DNA of 63,745 nt, counting the filler, from Hausera hauseri (lineage: Eukaryota): the NCBI GenBank assembly GCA_046269625.1. It is 12 parts of 12 records of this genome, joined end to end, with 100 filler letters (N's around TTAATTAATTAA, not from the genome) between each part and the next. Parts side by side here need not be neighbours in the genome. Positions count along the whole stretch, not along the records: positions 1 to 4,423 come from JBJURY010589778.1; positions 4,524 to 9,794 come from JBJURY010294391.1; positions 9,895 to 14,326 come from JBJURY010584556.1; 9 more parts are not named here. The stretch is one strand, 5' to 3'. The position numbers and the translations under genes are program-made. Every line of letters starts with the position of its first letter. Position 1 is the stretch's first letter. This document shows, one piece after another, positions 1-10,874 of the stretch. The notes under the pieces are model-generated. The model had not been told where the DNA came from and made no database searches. It saw only the letters and a program-made list of their open reading frames with translations.

Positions 1-330
1 TGGGATGTATGTGAAAGCAAGTGTGGCTTGAGAAAGACGGTAGGGTTCCGGTGAGAGGTATTATAGCGCCGTTATGGGTGAGATAAAAGTCGGAAGAGTT
101 AAGTAGGAAAGAAATGAATGTACGAAGAGTTGCAGTATGTAATGTGGTGTAGTGGTTGTGCAAATGTGGGTATTATTGAGAAGGAAAATAGAGAGGGAAA
201 GTAGTATGCCTGGGGGCGTGGTGTGCGGCTGACGCGAGCGGCGCCGTCTGACCGACCGGCGCAGGGTTGACGGACGGGACCTCCGCCCCGGCGGGGCGGG
301 CACCAAATTGCAGGGTGGCCGATGATCCCT
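1..330 (-). mobile_element. 5' GC-rich block and leader of CsRN1-like Gypsy family (related to 15161-15430)
   Basis: Reverse complement (..catcggccaccctgcaatttgg..caccacgcccccaggcatactac..acccacatttgcacaacc) resembles 15161-15360 (..ctcggtcaccccgaattttgg..gacacgcccctggccatacg..aacacatttacacaac). Confidence 0.6.
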
Positions 331-529
331 CTGGCTGTTCATCGTAGCTGCAGTTCTAAGGGTAAGTTGCTGGGCTTCGCCAGACGTGTTTGCGAATGAC
401 TGCAACAATGGAGAATAAATTAAATAATCTCTGTAGGCAAATGTCATCAAAGCCTCCATATACCATTTAATATATATTGCAATAATTATTGGATTACTTT
501 TCTGTCAGTTGGAACTGGGAAAGAAAGGC

Positions 530-1215
530 ATCGTTATCGCGGATATTGCGCAAGAAGATGCACCAGTTGCGCATGAATAAATTCAAATGGGAAGCAATAT
601 CACCGGATGAGACAAAACCTAATCGACCAATGGTAATTGCGGTGTTCTTTTGAAAGGTTTTAGGTGTTACATGCGTATTGATCATGTTTATGAGATTTTT
701 GACGAATAGCGGCGCGAAAGGAGTTTGAAGAATGTTGAATAAATATGGCACCAATTCTTTAAACGCATCCTCTTTCCATGTTGCAAACGCCGAACATGCG
801 GCTTCCTGAACTCGTTTGTTTGAATCCAGAGTCATTTTCAACAATTCTTCCATCAAAGGTTTAAAGTACAATTCATGGGGCTGATTTACAATCCAATGCA
901 GGTATCGACTAAGTGCCCAACAAGTAATACTTCGAACTAACGGTTTGGTGTCACTTAAACACCGAATAAGGAATAGACAAAGTTCTGCTAAGTAGTGGAG
1001 CATTCCATTCGTGCAACCTTCTACAACAGCTCCAAGAACTGGGGTACCGGATTCTTTTATGAACCAATCATTGGAGTTCAGAGTATCATTAATTATGGAG
1101 AGTAGAACCTGCAACAAATCATTATGAAAGACACTTGTTAAGACATAAAGAGCAGCTGCGGAACATTTTCTTGATGTCCAATTGGAAAGATAGTCGTCAT
1201 CTTTACCGTCATCAT
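530..1215 (-). pseudogene. TNPO1: Transportin-1 (importin beta-2) fragment with large internal deletion
   Basis: [47 protein letters not shown], then a jump straight to C-terminal [29 protein letters not shown]. Confidence 0.9.
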
Positions 1216-1687
1216 CGGAATAAACATAACACGGACATTGTCGACGTTTCCATCGGATACTTTTGAAAAAAATAGTTCCGAAATAGACTGAGATGTTGAC
1301 AGGGAACTTCGATCCGAATGATCGACCGATGGTAATGAATTAGAATCGTGTTGATTGGCGTCTTTTTTGATTTCCGACATTTGTCGTTGTTTTCCGGTTC
1401 TCGAATTACCACAGATGTTTTATTCAGTTGTTCTAATTCTTCCTCGTTCACTAAGTTGCTAATGTCTCGCATAAGCGAATAAAATATAGACTTTGTATTT
1501 GCATGGAAAAAATGAGCATATTTTTACGATTCAAGACGGCAATGTTTTTCAAACTGCTCCTCGATGACGGAATGATTTTAGAACTTTTATCGGATGATAT
1601 TTTCAATCTTGGATGTAATTTGAAAATGATTTTCAAAACCAACGGACAAGCGAAATAGCACTGATCGAACTTTTTAGAAAAATCCGA

Positions 1688-3060
1688 AAATTCGTCAATG
1701 CAACAAACACCACCATCTGCCAATACCAAAGAACCGCCTTCCAAAGTCATTTCTCCACTCAAAGGATCTTTCATAACTGCTGCAGTCAAACCAACACCAC
1801 TGCTATCTTCACCAGTCGTATATTGACTTCTGGGACTAAGACGGTTAATAAAGCGTAACAACTGGGATTTGGCAACATCTGGATCACCCATCAAACAAAT
1901 ATTCAAATTTCCTCGAATTTTCCTCGAATTTGAGTTTCGTTCCACCAACAAGCATTATTAACAAAGTTTTCTTTATGTCATAATGACCGAATATTTCTGG
2001 AGCAATACTTCGAGCCATTAGAGAAAACATTTCACGATCGCGTAACCGCGCTATTTCTTACTCGGTAAATTCAATTGTACTATATGATTCGTCATCTTCA
2101 TCCCCTTTTGAAACCAAGGTTATACGTTGAGCATGAAGATAGGTATCCATAGTCAAACTCTGTTGCATAGATTTGAAACCAGTTCGAATACAAGGCAAGA
2201 ATATTCCACTTATGTAAATATGGTCACCCGGTTGAGCGACTCTCGTGTTTTCTCCAATGCAATGTACAGTCATGCCACGGGGAATATTTCCAATTGGAAC
2301 TTGTTCAGACACTTCCTGAATCCGGAGTTCTTGTACTTTGACACATTTGCTTCCTCTATTTTGCAAATGTAAAACTCCGGCACCTTCTCGCTTACAAACC
2401 TCACTCACACAATTGTGGATAGGTAGGAAAGAGGCATTAATGATTTCCTAAATAACAAAATATATGCAATAAATAAAAATTCCATCGAACTATGTTAAAA
2501 TAAATTGAATTAATGAATATCTTAAATCACCTGATAGGTTTCAGCCCCGCACTTGTCACAAGTGTAAGTGGCTACTTTCATCAAAGGTTTAACTTGAGTA
2601 GCCCGAGTAACAACAGCTCTAATTTTAATAAGGTGACCAATTTTATCAGATAAAACATTGCGAATTGCAACAGTTGGTACAGACTTTCTAGCAATAAAAT
2701 AAGCTTCGTATCTTCTCAATAATTCCGCTGGAAATTTATTTCTGATATCTTCATATGTTAATGGCTCTTGGGCATTATTTGCTGCAGCTGCTCGATGAAT
2801 TTGAATACGATGATCAATGAATGTATCAAAGGCATCGATGACAGTGTACGGGCCTTTCTCAAAAATTAATTCATCAATGACTTCATAAAATAATTTCTGA
2901 TATCGAAGGGCATTGTTTTCGATAAGATAGACTAAATCACTATCATGCTCGTAGACGTGATCCAAGTTAATGTAGATAGCCGGTTTAAGTCGTTTACTTA
3001 ACTCAGTAACTACATTATCGTATACATAATTTTTTCCATTTGGCGTATCTCTGATTCCAA
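1688..3060 (-). pseudogene. MCM7: MCM7 fragment (N-terminus to Walker B) with one intron 2448-2530, stop at 2058-2060 and a frameshift near 1955
   Basis: [85 protein letters not shown]; 83-bp GT..AG intron restores TYQ|EII. Confidence 0.93.
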
Positions 3061-3069
3061 ATATCTAAA

Positions 3070-4231
3070 TTATTCTTGCTCTTATCCAGAGACTTTAATA
3101 TCAGTGAATGGATCTGGGATGGTAAAAGGTGAATGAATTTTCGGAGACTGTGTAAACGTGCCATCATCTTGATCAGATTGATCTCCGATTTACTTTTATT
3201 TCATCTCAGACTTTGATTAAATTTAATGTACGGTTTTAACATAGACCGCCGAGATGGTCGATCACTAAACGTATGATTTTGATTCAGTTTCAACACTTGC
3301 TTAGAGGTCCTTAATTTCGTTCTACAAACTGTTTCCCATTCACCTTTCACTTTATCAATTTTGTATATTTTCGTTTCGGTCATGTTTGACTTAAAATTGG
3401 TATAATTAATATAGTTTAACTTCGATTGATTTTTCGAGGGCAGACGATTAGAACTATGTCGTTCTTTCACAGCATTAGATTTTTCTTGAGCTTTAGTATT
3501 GTAAGCTTTCTTTTCAGATGCAGGAACGGACAATTTAACTTTGTCAGCTCACGTACAGTTGGAAGATTCACAACTATTTTGAGAAATTTTATCACAATTT
3601 TCCTTCATTAAACTTTCTGTACACATTTGAGCATCCTTAGTCGGCTTAACTGGCACATCGGTTTGGGACATTGTTGATGATGATTGGCCAGAATACGAAT
3701 GCGTTCTACGGCTTTTTTTTCAAGTACCTGTTTCATAATTGGTTTACCAGGAGATATTTTACGTTCATCCCAAGCAATGAATAGTTGTCTATTTTCATTC
3801 TTCGACTTTTCGATTTCTTTAAACAAATTCATTTTTTCCATCAAGGAATGAAAGTCTTTTTTACTATGCTCTGGCATCATAATAACTTCTTTACACTCCA
3901 CTTCACTTTCATCTGCTTCAAAAGCAGAATAGATCTCATCAATAGTTCTTTTCAACGCATCCATTATTTGACCCCAATACCGAGCTCTGTAATCGCTTGT
4001 TTTGTTATTAATTTTCGAAACATTTAAATTCTCTGTAGATATGGTCAACGGTATTTGGAAGTTATCCGTTGGGACAACGTCACCACATTCCTGTGGTAAA
4101 CTTGGTGTAGTTTCAGCTTCACCCATTTTGGGATTTTCACAATTAACCTTATTTTCGACGATTACTTGACACTTTTTTGCTATGTAACGGAACATTGAAT
4201 TTAAATAAATTCCTTGCCTGGATTCCTTCAT
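3070..4231 (-). pseudogene. SCAPER: SCAPER N-terminal fragment
   Basis: DYRARYWGQIMDALKRTIDEIYSAFEADESEVECKEVIMM..IAWDERKISPGK, later T*ADKVK (W to stop) and GEWETV; frameshifted. Confidence 0.85.
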
Positions 4232-4534
4232 CTTCCAGTTTGTCTTTAATAGATAATGTACTAGTTTCTGATGGTTCAGTTATCATGCAATTATAAAACA
4301 ATAGTTTTGTAAGGACCGTTTGACAGTTTTCGGCCATAGTTATTCCCGTTTTCTCAGTCTTCCGAACCCTGCCAGGGATCATTCACACTCATTATTTTAC
4401 ATACTCTATTTTTGTAACACGCANNNNNNNNNNNNNNNNNNNNNNNNNNNNNNNNNNNNNNNNNNNNTTAATTAATTAANNNNNNNNNNNNNNNNNNNNN
4501 NNNNNNNNNNNNNNNNNNNNNNNCATTTAGAAAT

Positions 4535-6760
4535 GTGATACGACAGTACACGATGTCCATTAGTAGATCATTGACGTTCGGTGTTATGGCACAATGTTAT
4601 GATTATTTAATGAGACATGAAAAGAAAATTGGGTACAGAGATGTCATTTTTTATAAATTTTGTGTCAATTTTTTACAGGAATGTGGTAATTTATTAATTG
4701 ATATAAAATATTTGAAAATTAGAATTGATCTTAATGATGCAGATGGTTTGTTGGATGAATTTGCTGGATATTCTGAACTGTCAAACATCAATCCCAAATT
4801 ATGGCAGGACATCTCCCAATCAAAAAATGTCGATGAATTCAGAAATTTCACATCCAAATATTATGAAATATTCAAAAGCAAACCCGAATTATTTCTCCAA
4901 CATTGTATCAATGAACAACGAGACAATACCGTCAACTTTATCTGTGCACATTTAAAATTATGCAACTGTGACTATTCTGATGACAAACGAATTCTATCGA
5001 AGATTCCACGATTTTAAATTGACCCGAGTCAGAAACACATCGGTCATTATTCGACAGTTGACAAAGTAACGAGTTGTGTATTACATGAATGTGGTAAATT
5101 GACCATCATGGGATTTGAGAATGGTTTGATCCAGTCCACTTGTATGAGTAATTTGAAGGTGTTGAACTATTTCCGAAAACACACTGTCCATCATTTCGTT
5201 ATTATTTCCCGAGTCCGATGAATGTCTCATCAGTACTGGAACAGATGGAAGGGCAATTGTATGGAATTTATCAGAGGATACTGTGAAATCAGAATTAATT
5301 GGTCATCGTGATGTTGTTCTGCATGTGGGTATTCAATAAAAGCAAATGTTTTGTGTATGAGTAGTTTCGATGGGCAATGTATTCTGTGGTCACGAGATCG
5401 ATTTCAGTCTGATCATGTGTTTCGCTATAAATCACCAATCAACTATATGACCCTTCATCCTATCAACAATGCCAAACTCATTCTAGGACTATGGAATGGG
5501 CCTATGATTGTATACAACATCATAGATCTAAAACGAATAGCTGTATTTCACCATTCCCATTCCATCTACAACATTTCATGTCATCCACAATACAATTTAT
5601 TTCTTGTATGTTATATCACTGATTATTTTTCCTTGTGGAATTCATTCACAGGTATCAAAGTCAAAGATACCTCCACAGTTTATAGACCGAATCCATCTTC
5701 TGTATGTTATTCTCATGATGAATTAGTGAATTTTGAATATTCAAATAAACAATTTACGATTTCTGTTTGGTGTCTGTCAATAAGTTACACCGCTAATCAT
5801 CATCATCATCATCATCAATGCCGTTAAATGATGTTAGTTGTATTGACTTATTTGTTCAATTGGCTAATTTGGTATCGAATTATTTCTGTAATCGAAAACT
5901 GACTGCATTGCCCATATTCGATGGTAATTTTGTTATAGTAGAAAATCGTGGCCATTTGTCCATTTCTGCTTTCGACTCGACTGAAATTCGACTTCTACAA
6001 ACAATCAAAAATGTCCATTCTAGGCTGACTAACGTTCTCCTACTCAACAACGATCATCTCATAACGGGTAGCGATGCTTATTCATCTATCATCCTTAGAC
6101 CGCTTAACATCGGTATGTTCAAATTGTTCGCCGAAATTTCCAGTGTATTCACGAATTCGGTACCGGCAACGGATACCTGTTATAATTCGTTATTCATTGG
6201 TTCTAAGGATGAGTTTTTGTCTATTCGATGTGACAGAGTGAAGTTGTATTTCATCAACATTCGGGTCATTATGATTGGGTAAATGCAGTTTATTTTATAT
6301 GACTGTACGAGTTGATCACGAGATCGTCTGATCAATCTATAAAATGTTGGTCCATTGAAATGATTGATATTCGACTATTGTTCACAGTTCGTGATCGTTT
6401 GGGATTCATTACATGCATCCATTCACGGGATGGCGATTGTTTTGCATATGGCTCTGTTGATGGTTCGATGAAATTATGGAACTCTGATGGAACGTTGTTG
6501 GATTATATCGAATTGAATTGGAAATTGGAAAGGAATTATTGCAAATGGATGAAATTCGACTCAAATAGTGGTGTGTTACGATGTGTCGATAAAGATAACA
6601 ATTTGTGTTCACTGGATTTTGATTATAGTACATGAATCGGGAACATGAAGTCTTATACAGATAGTGTAATGTGTATTGATAATACGAGTAAATTACTCGT
6701 CAGTTGTTCATTGGACAAGTCCGTGAAGTTGTGGGATTATACGGAATTTCTCAATGGTAG
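4535..6760 (+). pseudogene. TEP1/NWD-like protein fragment: post-NACHT helical region plus WD40 repeats, broken by stops and frameshifts
   Basis: EFRNFTSKYYEIFKSKPELFLQHCINEQ; WD signatures SSFDGQCILW, SSDQSIKCW, GSVDGSMKLW, SCSLDKSVKLWD spread over several short ORFs. Confidence 0.65.
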
Positions 6761-6849
6761 TAACACAAATGTAGATGACATCTTAACGAATGACGGCAAA
6801 CGGGGATCCGGTAAATCATTTCTATCAGCTGTCTTAATAGAAAGGTTAC

Positions 6850-9225
6850 ATGAAAAATCATCGAACAAATCATCGAGTAAATCATCAACTGGTGAATTGT
6901 ATCAGAGCAACTAATGAGACAGCCGATATATTAATCAAACAAGCATCAGATGCTCACGATCGGATTTTAGCAAAAAAACAATGCCAAGAAGAATTAATGT
7001 CTTTCGATGAATTGAACCAAATGACCAAAAACAGACCTCGAAGTCGCCTTATGATGTGTATAGCAGCCGAAAATAAACAGCTCGAATTGCTTCAACAAGA
7101 AAATAAAATTCTCCGAACTTCCTTAACAGAATATCAAACGACATTTGAGATGATAATGCGGAAATTTCGAAAACATAAAAGTATATTCAAACGCCTCGAT
7201 GAATTGGAAAAAGGAGATATAAATTCGAAATCGATCAACAGCAACAGTTCCGATAAAGATGCATCGAGAAATCGCATTATGGCGTTATGTGCAAAAATAT
7301 CTCAGTCAAAAAAAGATATTGAAAAAGCTCTCATCGTTGATAATAAAGTAACAGAGGATTTAACCGAAATTGAAACGAAATTATTGCTGGAAAACCAGGA
7401 ATTACGTCGTCTCGTTGAAATCAATGAAGAATTTCGCGACGATTTTAATACAAATCATGTAAATGACGTTGGGAATAGTAATCAAGGAAACCATTATGTT
7501 AACAATAAAATTCAATACAAACCTCAAATTGATCATTCGGATAATAACAAGATTCTAATGAATGGAATTCCAAAAGATCGTACTGAAATCAATTCTACAT
7601 CTTCCAGTAATAATAAGCACAATTCAAAATTTCCATTGAAAATTGTCAATAATCATTCGTTCAGCAAAACCAGTCATAAAAGAGACAGTAACAATAAACC
7701 ATTTAATTCGGTTGTATTGAACTTCACAGACCGACTTTCGGATGACGAAGAAGAGGAAGAAAAGACAAAAAATGACAATTGTTTGGATAAATCGAAACCC
7801 ATACCAACAGTGGATCAAATAATGCAGCACAATTCTGACAACTACCTACGATTCTTTCAAAGTACCGAATGCCAAGTAAAAATTGAAAACTCTCAACATC
7901 AATGTGCTGAAACAAATACAGACAATTTCTATTTATTGACTGTTTTAAAAAATGAACCTGATTCTGATTCAAATTTTTCTAATGTTAACAATGAACCGGA
8001 AAATGTCTCCTTAAATCATTCACTTATCAGCTTTCTCGAATCATTTAATTCGAACGAAAATCAATTGGTAAAGTTAGAAAAGGCAATCATAACCACTTCG
8101 ATGTTGACAAATAAATTTGTAACTGCCACAGAAGACCGTTATAGAACCCGTTTGTACCAAAATATTAACAATGATTTCGAACAGATAGACTCCAGCAAAT
8201 CTTTCGAAATTGGATCTAACTTGGACAATAAAGCAGTCACATTGGACGCCACGTCACAAATATTCAAATTTAATGAAATATTTTCACTTACGAAAGATAT
8301 GACAAACAATAAATCAGGTAAAATAGACTCATTTGAAGATAAAACATTTACCCATAGCAAAAATCAAATTAAAACATCACAAGAAAATGACGTTAATGAA
8401 TTTGGATATCGTGTAAAGTTTCGCATGTTCAAAATAAATATATTAATAAATTATATAATAATGAGACGCAATCCAAAGGAATACAGCGTTGATTTTAATG
8501 AAAAGGATAGAAAGACGGAAGCCCATTTAAGGATTTTAATTTATACTGCAGAGCTTTATTCTACAGAATTGAGTCGAATTGCATCACATTATTATTGTAC
8601 TACAGAAACAATGGAAACTCTAAAATTGTATTTAACAAAATCAATGAGCGATATTGTAGTATTTAAAGTACTTACAAAATGTTCCAAATTTAAACATTTA
8701 ATCGTTTGTAAAGAATTTCAACATGAAACCAATAAATTACTCGAAAATGTTTCAATAACAATTAATGAAAATGAAAAATATGCCCATGCAAAAATCAATT
8801 GTCTCCAAGCATACATATCACAATTTAAATTGGAGAAATTTACTTTATCTACATATACTGTATTTATTTCTAAATCGTCTTACCGACTTATGAGAGCCAT
8901 GTTTGAAGTTAATCTATCGCGACGATGGGCTCAGTTATTAAATACAATTTTAAAATGTTGTAAAGAAGTAGAACAACGTATTTGGACATGTTCGTGTCCA
9001 TTAAGACAATTCAAAAAAGTTCCATCAGAGTTGAACATAATATCCGGCGCCAATAGCGCACCTGAATTGGGTGCTGTTGAGGAGTGGAATCAATATCACG
9101 GATGCGTTAAAATGCCCGTTTTTTTATTTTGGCCGAGACTTCTGAACACACTGCGACATCGGTATGCAATGCACATACATTGCTACATGTCTATGCTACA
9201 AAAGAAACATTTGGTCGACGACTAA
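6850..9225 (+). CDS. Chimeric 791-aa ORF: SIKE/FGFR1OP2 coiled coil + N/S-rich region + Brr2 (SNRNP200) Sec63 fragment + repeat-derived tail
   Basis: ELNQMTKNRPRSRLMMCIAAENKQLELLQQENKILRTSLTEYQTTFEMIMRKFR (SIKE family); TELSRIASHYY..AKINCLQAYISQFKLE..RLMRAMFEVNLSRRWAQL..CPLRQFKKVP (Brr2 Sec63, ~8450-9030). Confidence 0.8.
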   Translation: MKNHRTNHRVNHQLVNCIRATNETADILIKQASDAHDRILAKKQCQEELMSFDELNQMTKNRPRSRLMMCIAAENKQLELLQQENKILRTSLTEYQTTFEMIMRKFRKHKSIFKRLDELEKGDINSKSINSNSSDKDASRNRIMALCAKISQSKKDIEKALIVDNKVTEDLTEIETKLLLENQELRRLVEINEEFRDDFNTNHVNDVGNSNQGNHYVNNKIQYKPQIDHSDNNKILMNGIPKDRTEINSTSSSNNKHNSKFPLKIVNNHSFSKTSHKRDSNNKPFNSVVLNFTDRLSDDEEEEEKTKNDNCLDKSKPIPTVDQIMQHNSDNYLRFFQSTECQVKIENSQHQCAETNTDNFYLLTVLKNEPDSDSNFSNVNNEPENVSLNHSLISFLESFNSNENQLVKLEKAIITTSMLTNKFVTATEDRYRTRLYQNINNDFEQIDSSKSFEIGSNLDNKAVTLDATSQIFKFNEIFSLTKDMTNNKSGKIDSFEDKTFTHSKNQIKTSQENDVNEFGYRVKFRMFKINILINYIIMRRNPKEYSVDFNEKDRKTEAHLRILIYTAELYSTELSRIASHYYCTTETMETLKLYLTKSMSDIVVFKVLTKCSKFKHLIVCKEFQHETNKLLENVSITINENEKYAHAKINCLQAYISQFKLEKFTLSTYTVFISKSSYRLMRAMFEVNLSRRWAQLLNTILKCCKEVEQRIWTCSCPLRQFKKVPSELNIISGANSAPELGAVEEWNQYHGCVKMPVFLFWPRLLNTLRHRYAMHIHCYMSMLQKKHLVDD

Positions 9226-9419
9226 ATGTCCTGAGAGACAGATTTTCTGAATTTCCATTCTTACCATCATCTAAATCCATAACTAAAGAGACATCTCTTT
9301 GTCATTTCTACATTTTTTTAAATCCGAATGAATTCAGCCCAAAGAATTTTTTGTAGCTAATAATGATTCCACGAGCAAAACAATGTCTTCCATAATCAAA
9401 GAATTCGAAAGATCAAATC

Positions 9420-9794
9420 CAACCGTGCCCCCGGTGATGCACTATTCTCCTGAAATGACACACACTTTCATCTCTATTTCTTTTCTCCTCCAAAATCAAC
9501 ATGTCTTTTCCTCTACCTATCTTTTCTTTCAAAACAAACATATACACACACACCGCACACATACTAAAAGAACAGTATCAGATTTTCTTATAAATTCGGC
9601 CCTTCGCATCAACTTTGGCTACTCATTGATCATAAACAGATACCATCTTCACTATCCTTACCTAAAATCATCCTTCCTATCCCCATTTCCATCATTATCA
9701 GTAACTTCACGTCTACGCCTATTCATTGGTTCCGACACCAAATCCCAATTAAATGACTCTCAATCAATTAATCTGTCATATTTCTTTTATACAT
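9420..9794 (+). mobile_element. Probable diverged leader of the CsRN1-like Gypsy family
   Basis: accgtgcccccggtgatgcactattc followed by pyrimidine- and CA-rich leader like 15270-15430 and the reverse complement of 100-225. Confidence 0.35.
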
Positions 9795-9894
9795 NNNNNN
9801 NNNNNNNNNNNNNNNNNNNNNNNNNNNNNNNNNNNNNNTTAATTAATTAANNNNNNNNNNNNNNNNNNNNNNNNNNNNNNNNNNNNNNNNNNNN

Positions 9895-10760
9895 TTCACT
9901 TGTTAATATTTTCTTCATTTCGTCGAAAGCTTTCTGTTCGACGTCTGTCCATTTCCATTTAATTCCTTTTTTACGTAGACGATATAAGGGTGTATTTTCG
10001 AGTTGACCGGCACATAAGTGACATAATATCCAGAGATTTAACCAATGCCTTAACTCTTTCTGATTTTGTGGCTCCATGCATTCTGGTATCTTGTTCAATA
10101 ATGATTTATCTGGTTTTGATTCTCCTTCTCCAACTATATGGCTAAGGTAGGATACTGCGTTTTGAGCCCATTTACATTTCTTCGGATTTAATTTTAATCC
10201 GGCCTATTCCAGTCGCATCAGCGTGTGTTCAATATCCTTTAAGTGTTCCTCTTCTGTCTTTGACGCTATAATTACGTCATCTAAATATGCAAAAGTGTGG
10301 TCTTGTCCCATTAACATTTTGTTCAGCATTCTTGTAAAAATAGCTGGTCCTGTAGTAATACCGAAGGGCATGACATTAAATTCATAGACGCCATCATGTG
10401 TGTTGAATGCTGTTTTATATCGATCTTCGTCCTCGATTTCTACATGCCAATATCCGGATTGCAAATCCAGAGTGACAAACCATTTTGCTCCTGATAGTCT
10501 GTCTAGAGCTCCTTTTACTGATGGCAATGGAAGAGAATTTTTCATCATAAGGTTATTTAATGCTCTGTAGTCAATACAGAATCAATGTTTTGTAGTGTGT
10601 TTCTTTTTAACCATGAGGATTGGTGAATACCAAGATCTGTACTGGGCCTAATTATATCGGCCTTAATCATCCGTTCAACCTCCTTTGTTATCTCAGATCT
10701 AAGTGAATGAGTTGGAGGGTACTATTTCGGCATCTTCTGATCCTCAAGATCTATTTCTTC
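9895..10760 (-). mobile_element. Ty3/Gypsy reverse transcriptase (frameshifted)
   Basis: FCIDYRALN, LDLQSGYWHVEIEDEDRYKTAF, YEFNVMPFGITTGPAIF, AYLDDVII, KWKWTDVEQKAFDEMK. Confidence 0.95.
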
Positions 10761-10874
10761 ATTTGAACCAGGCTTTTCTTAAACGGAATAGTCAATTTTA
10801 AAGCTTTTGCCCTACCAATATCTTCGTCGTCCGTAGCAATAATCGACTTAGCCACATAATAATTCATAGAATTG

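Noticed and set aside
3201-3533. HMG-box protein (EKKAYNTKA)
   Set aside because: Flanking T*ADKVK and GEWETV fit a continuation of SCAPER.
4424-4523. TTAATTAATTAA palindrome within N-runs, recurring 11 times
   Set aside because: Artificial contig linker with stops in all frames; not biological. ORFs containing X that touch it are partly artefacts.
6790-6850. Functional NACHT/P-loop NTPase
   Set aside because: Only an isolated Walker A-like peptide, downstream of the WD40s and without the rest of the domain.
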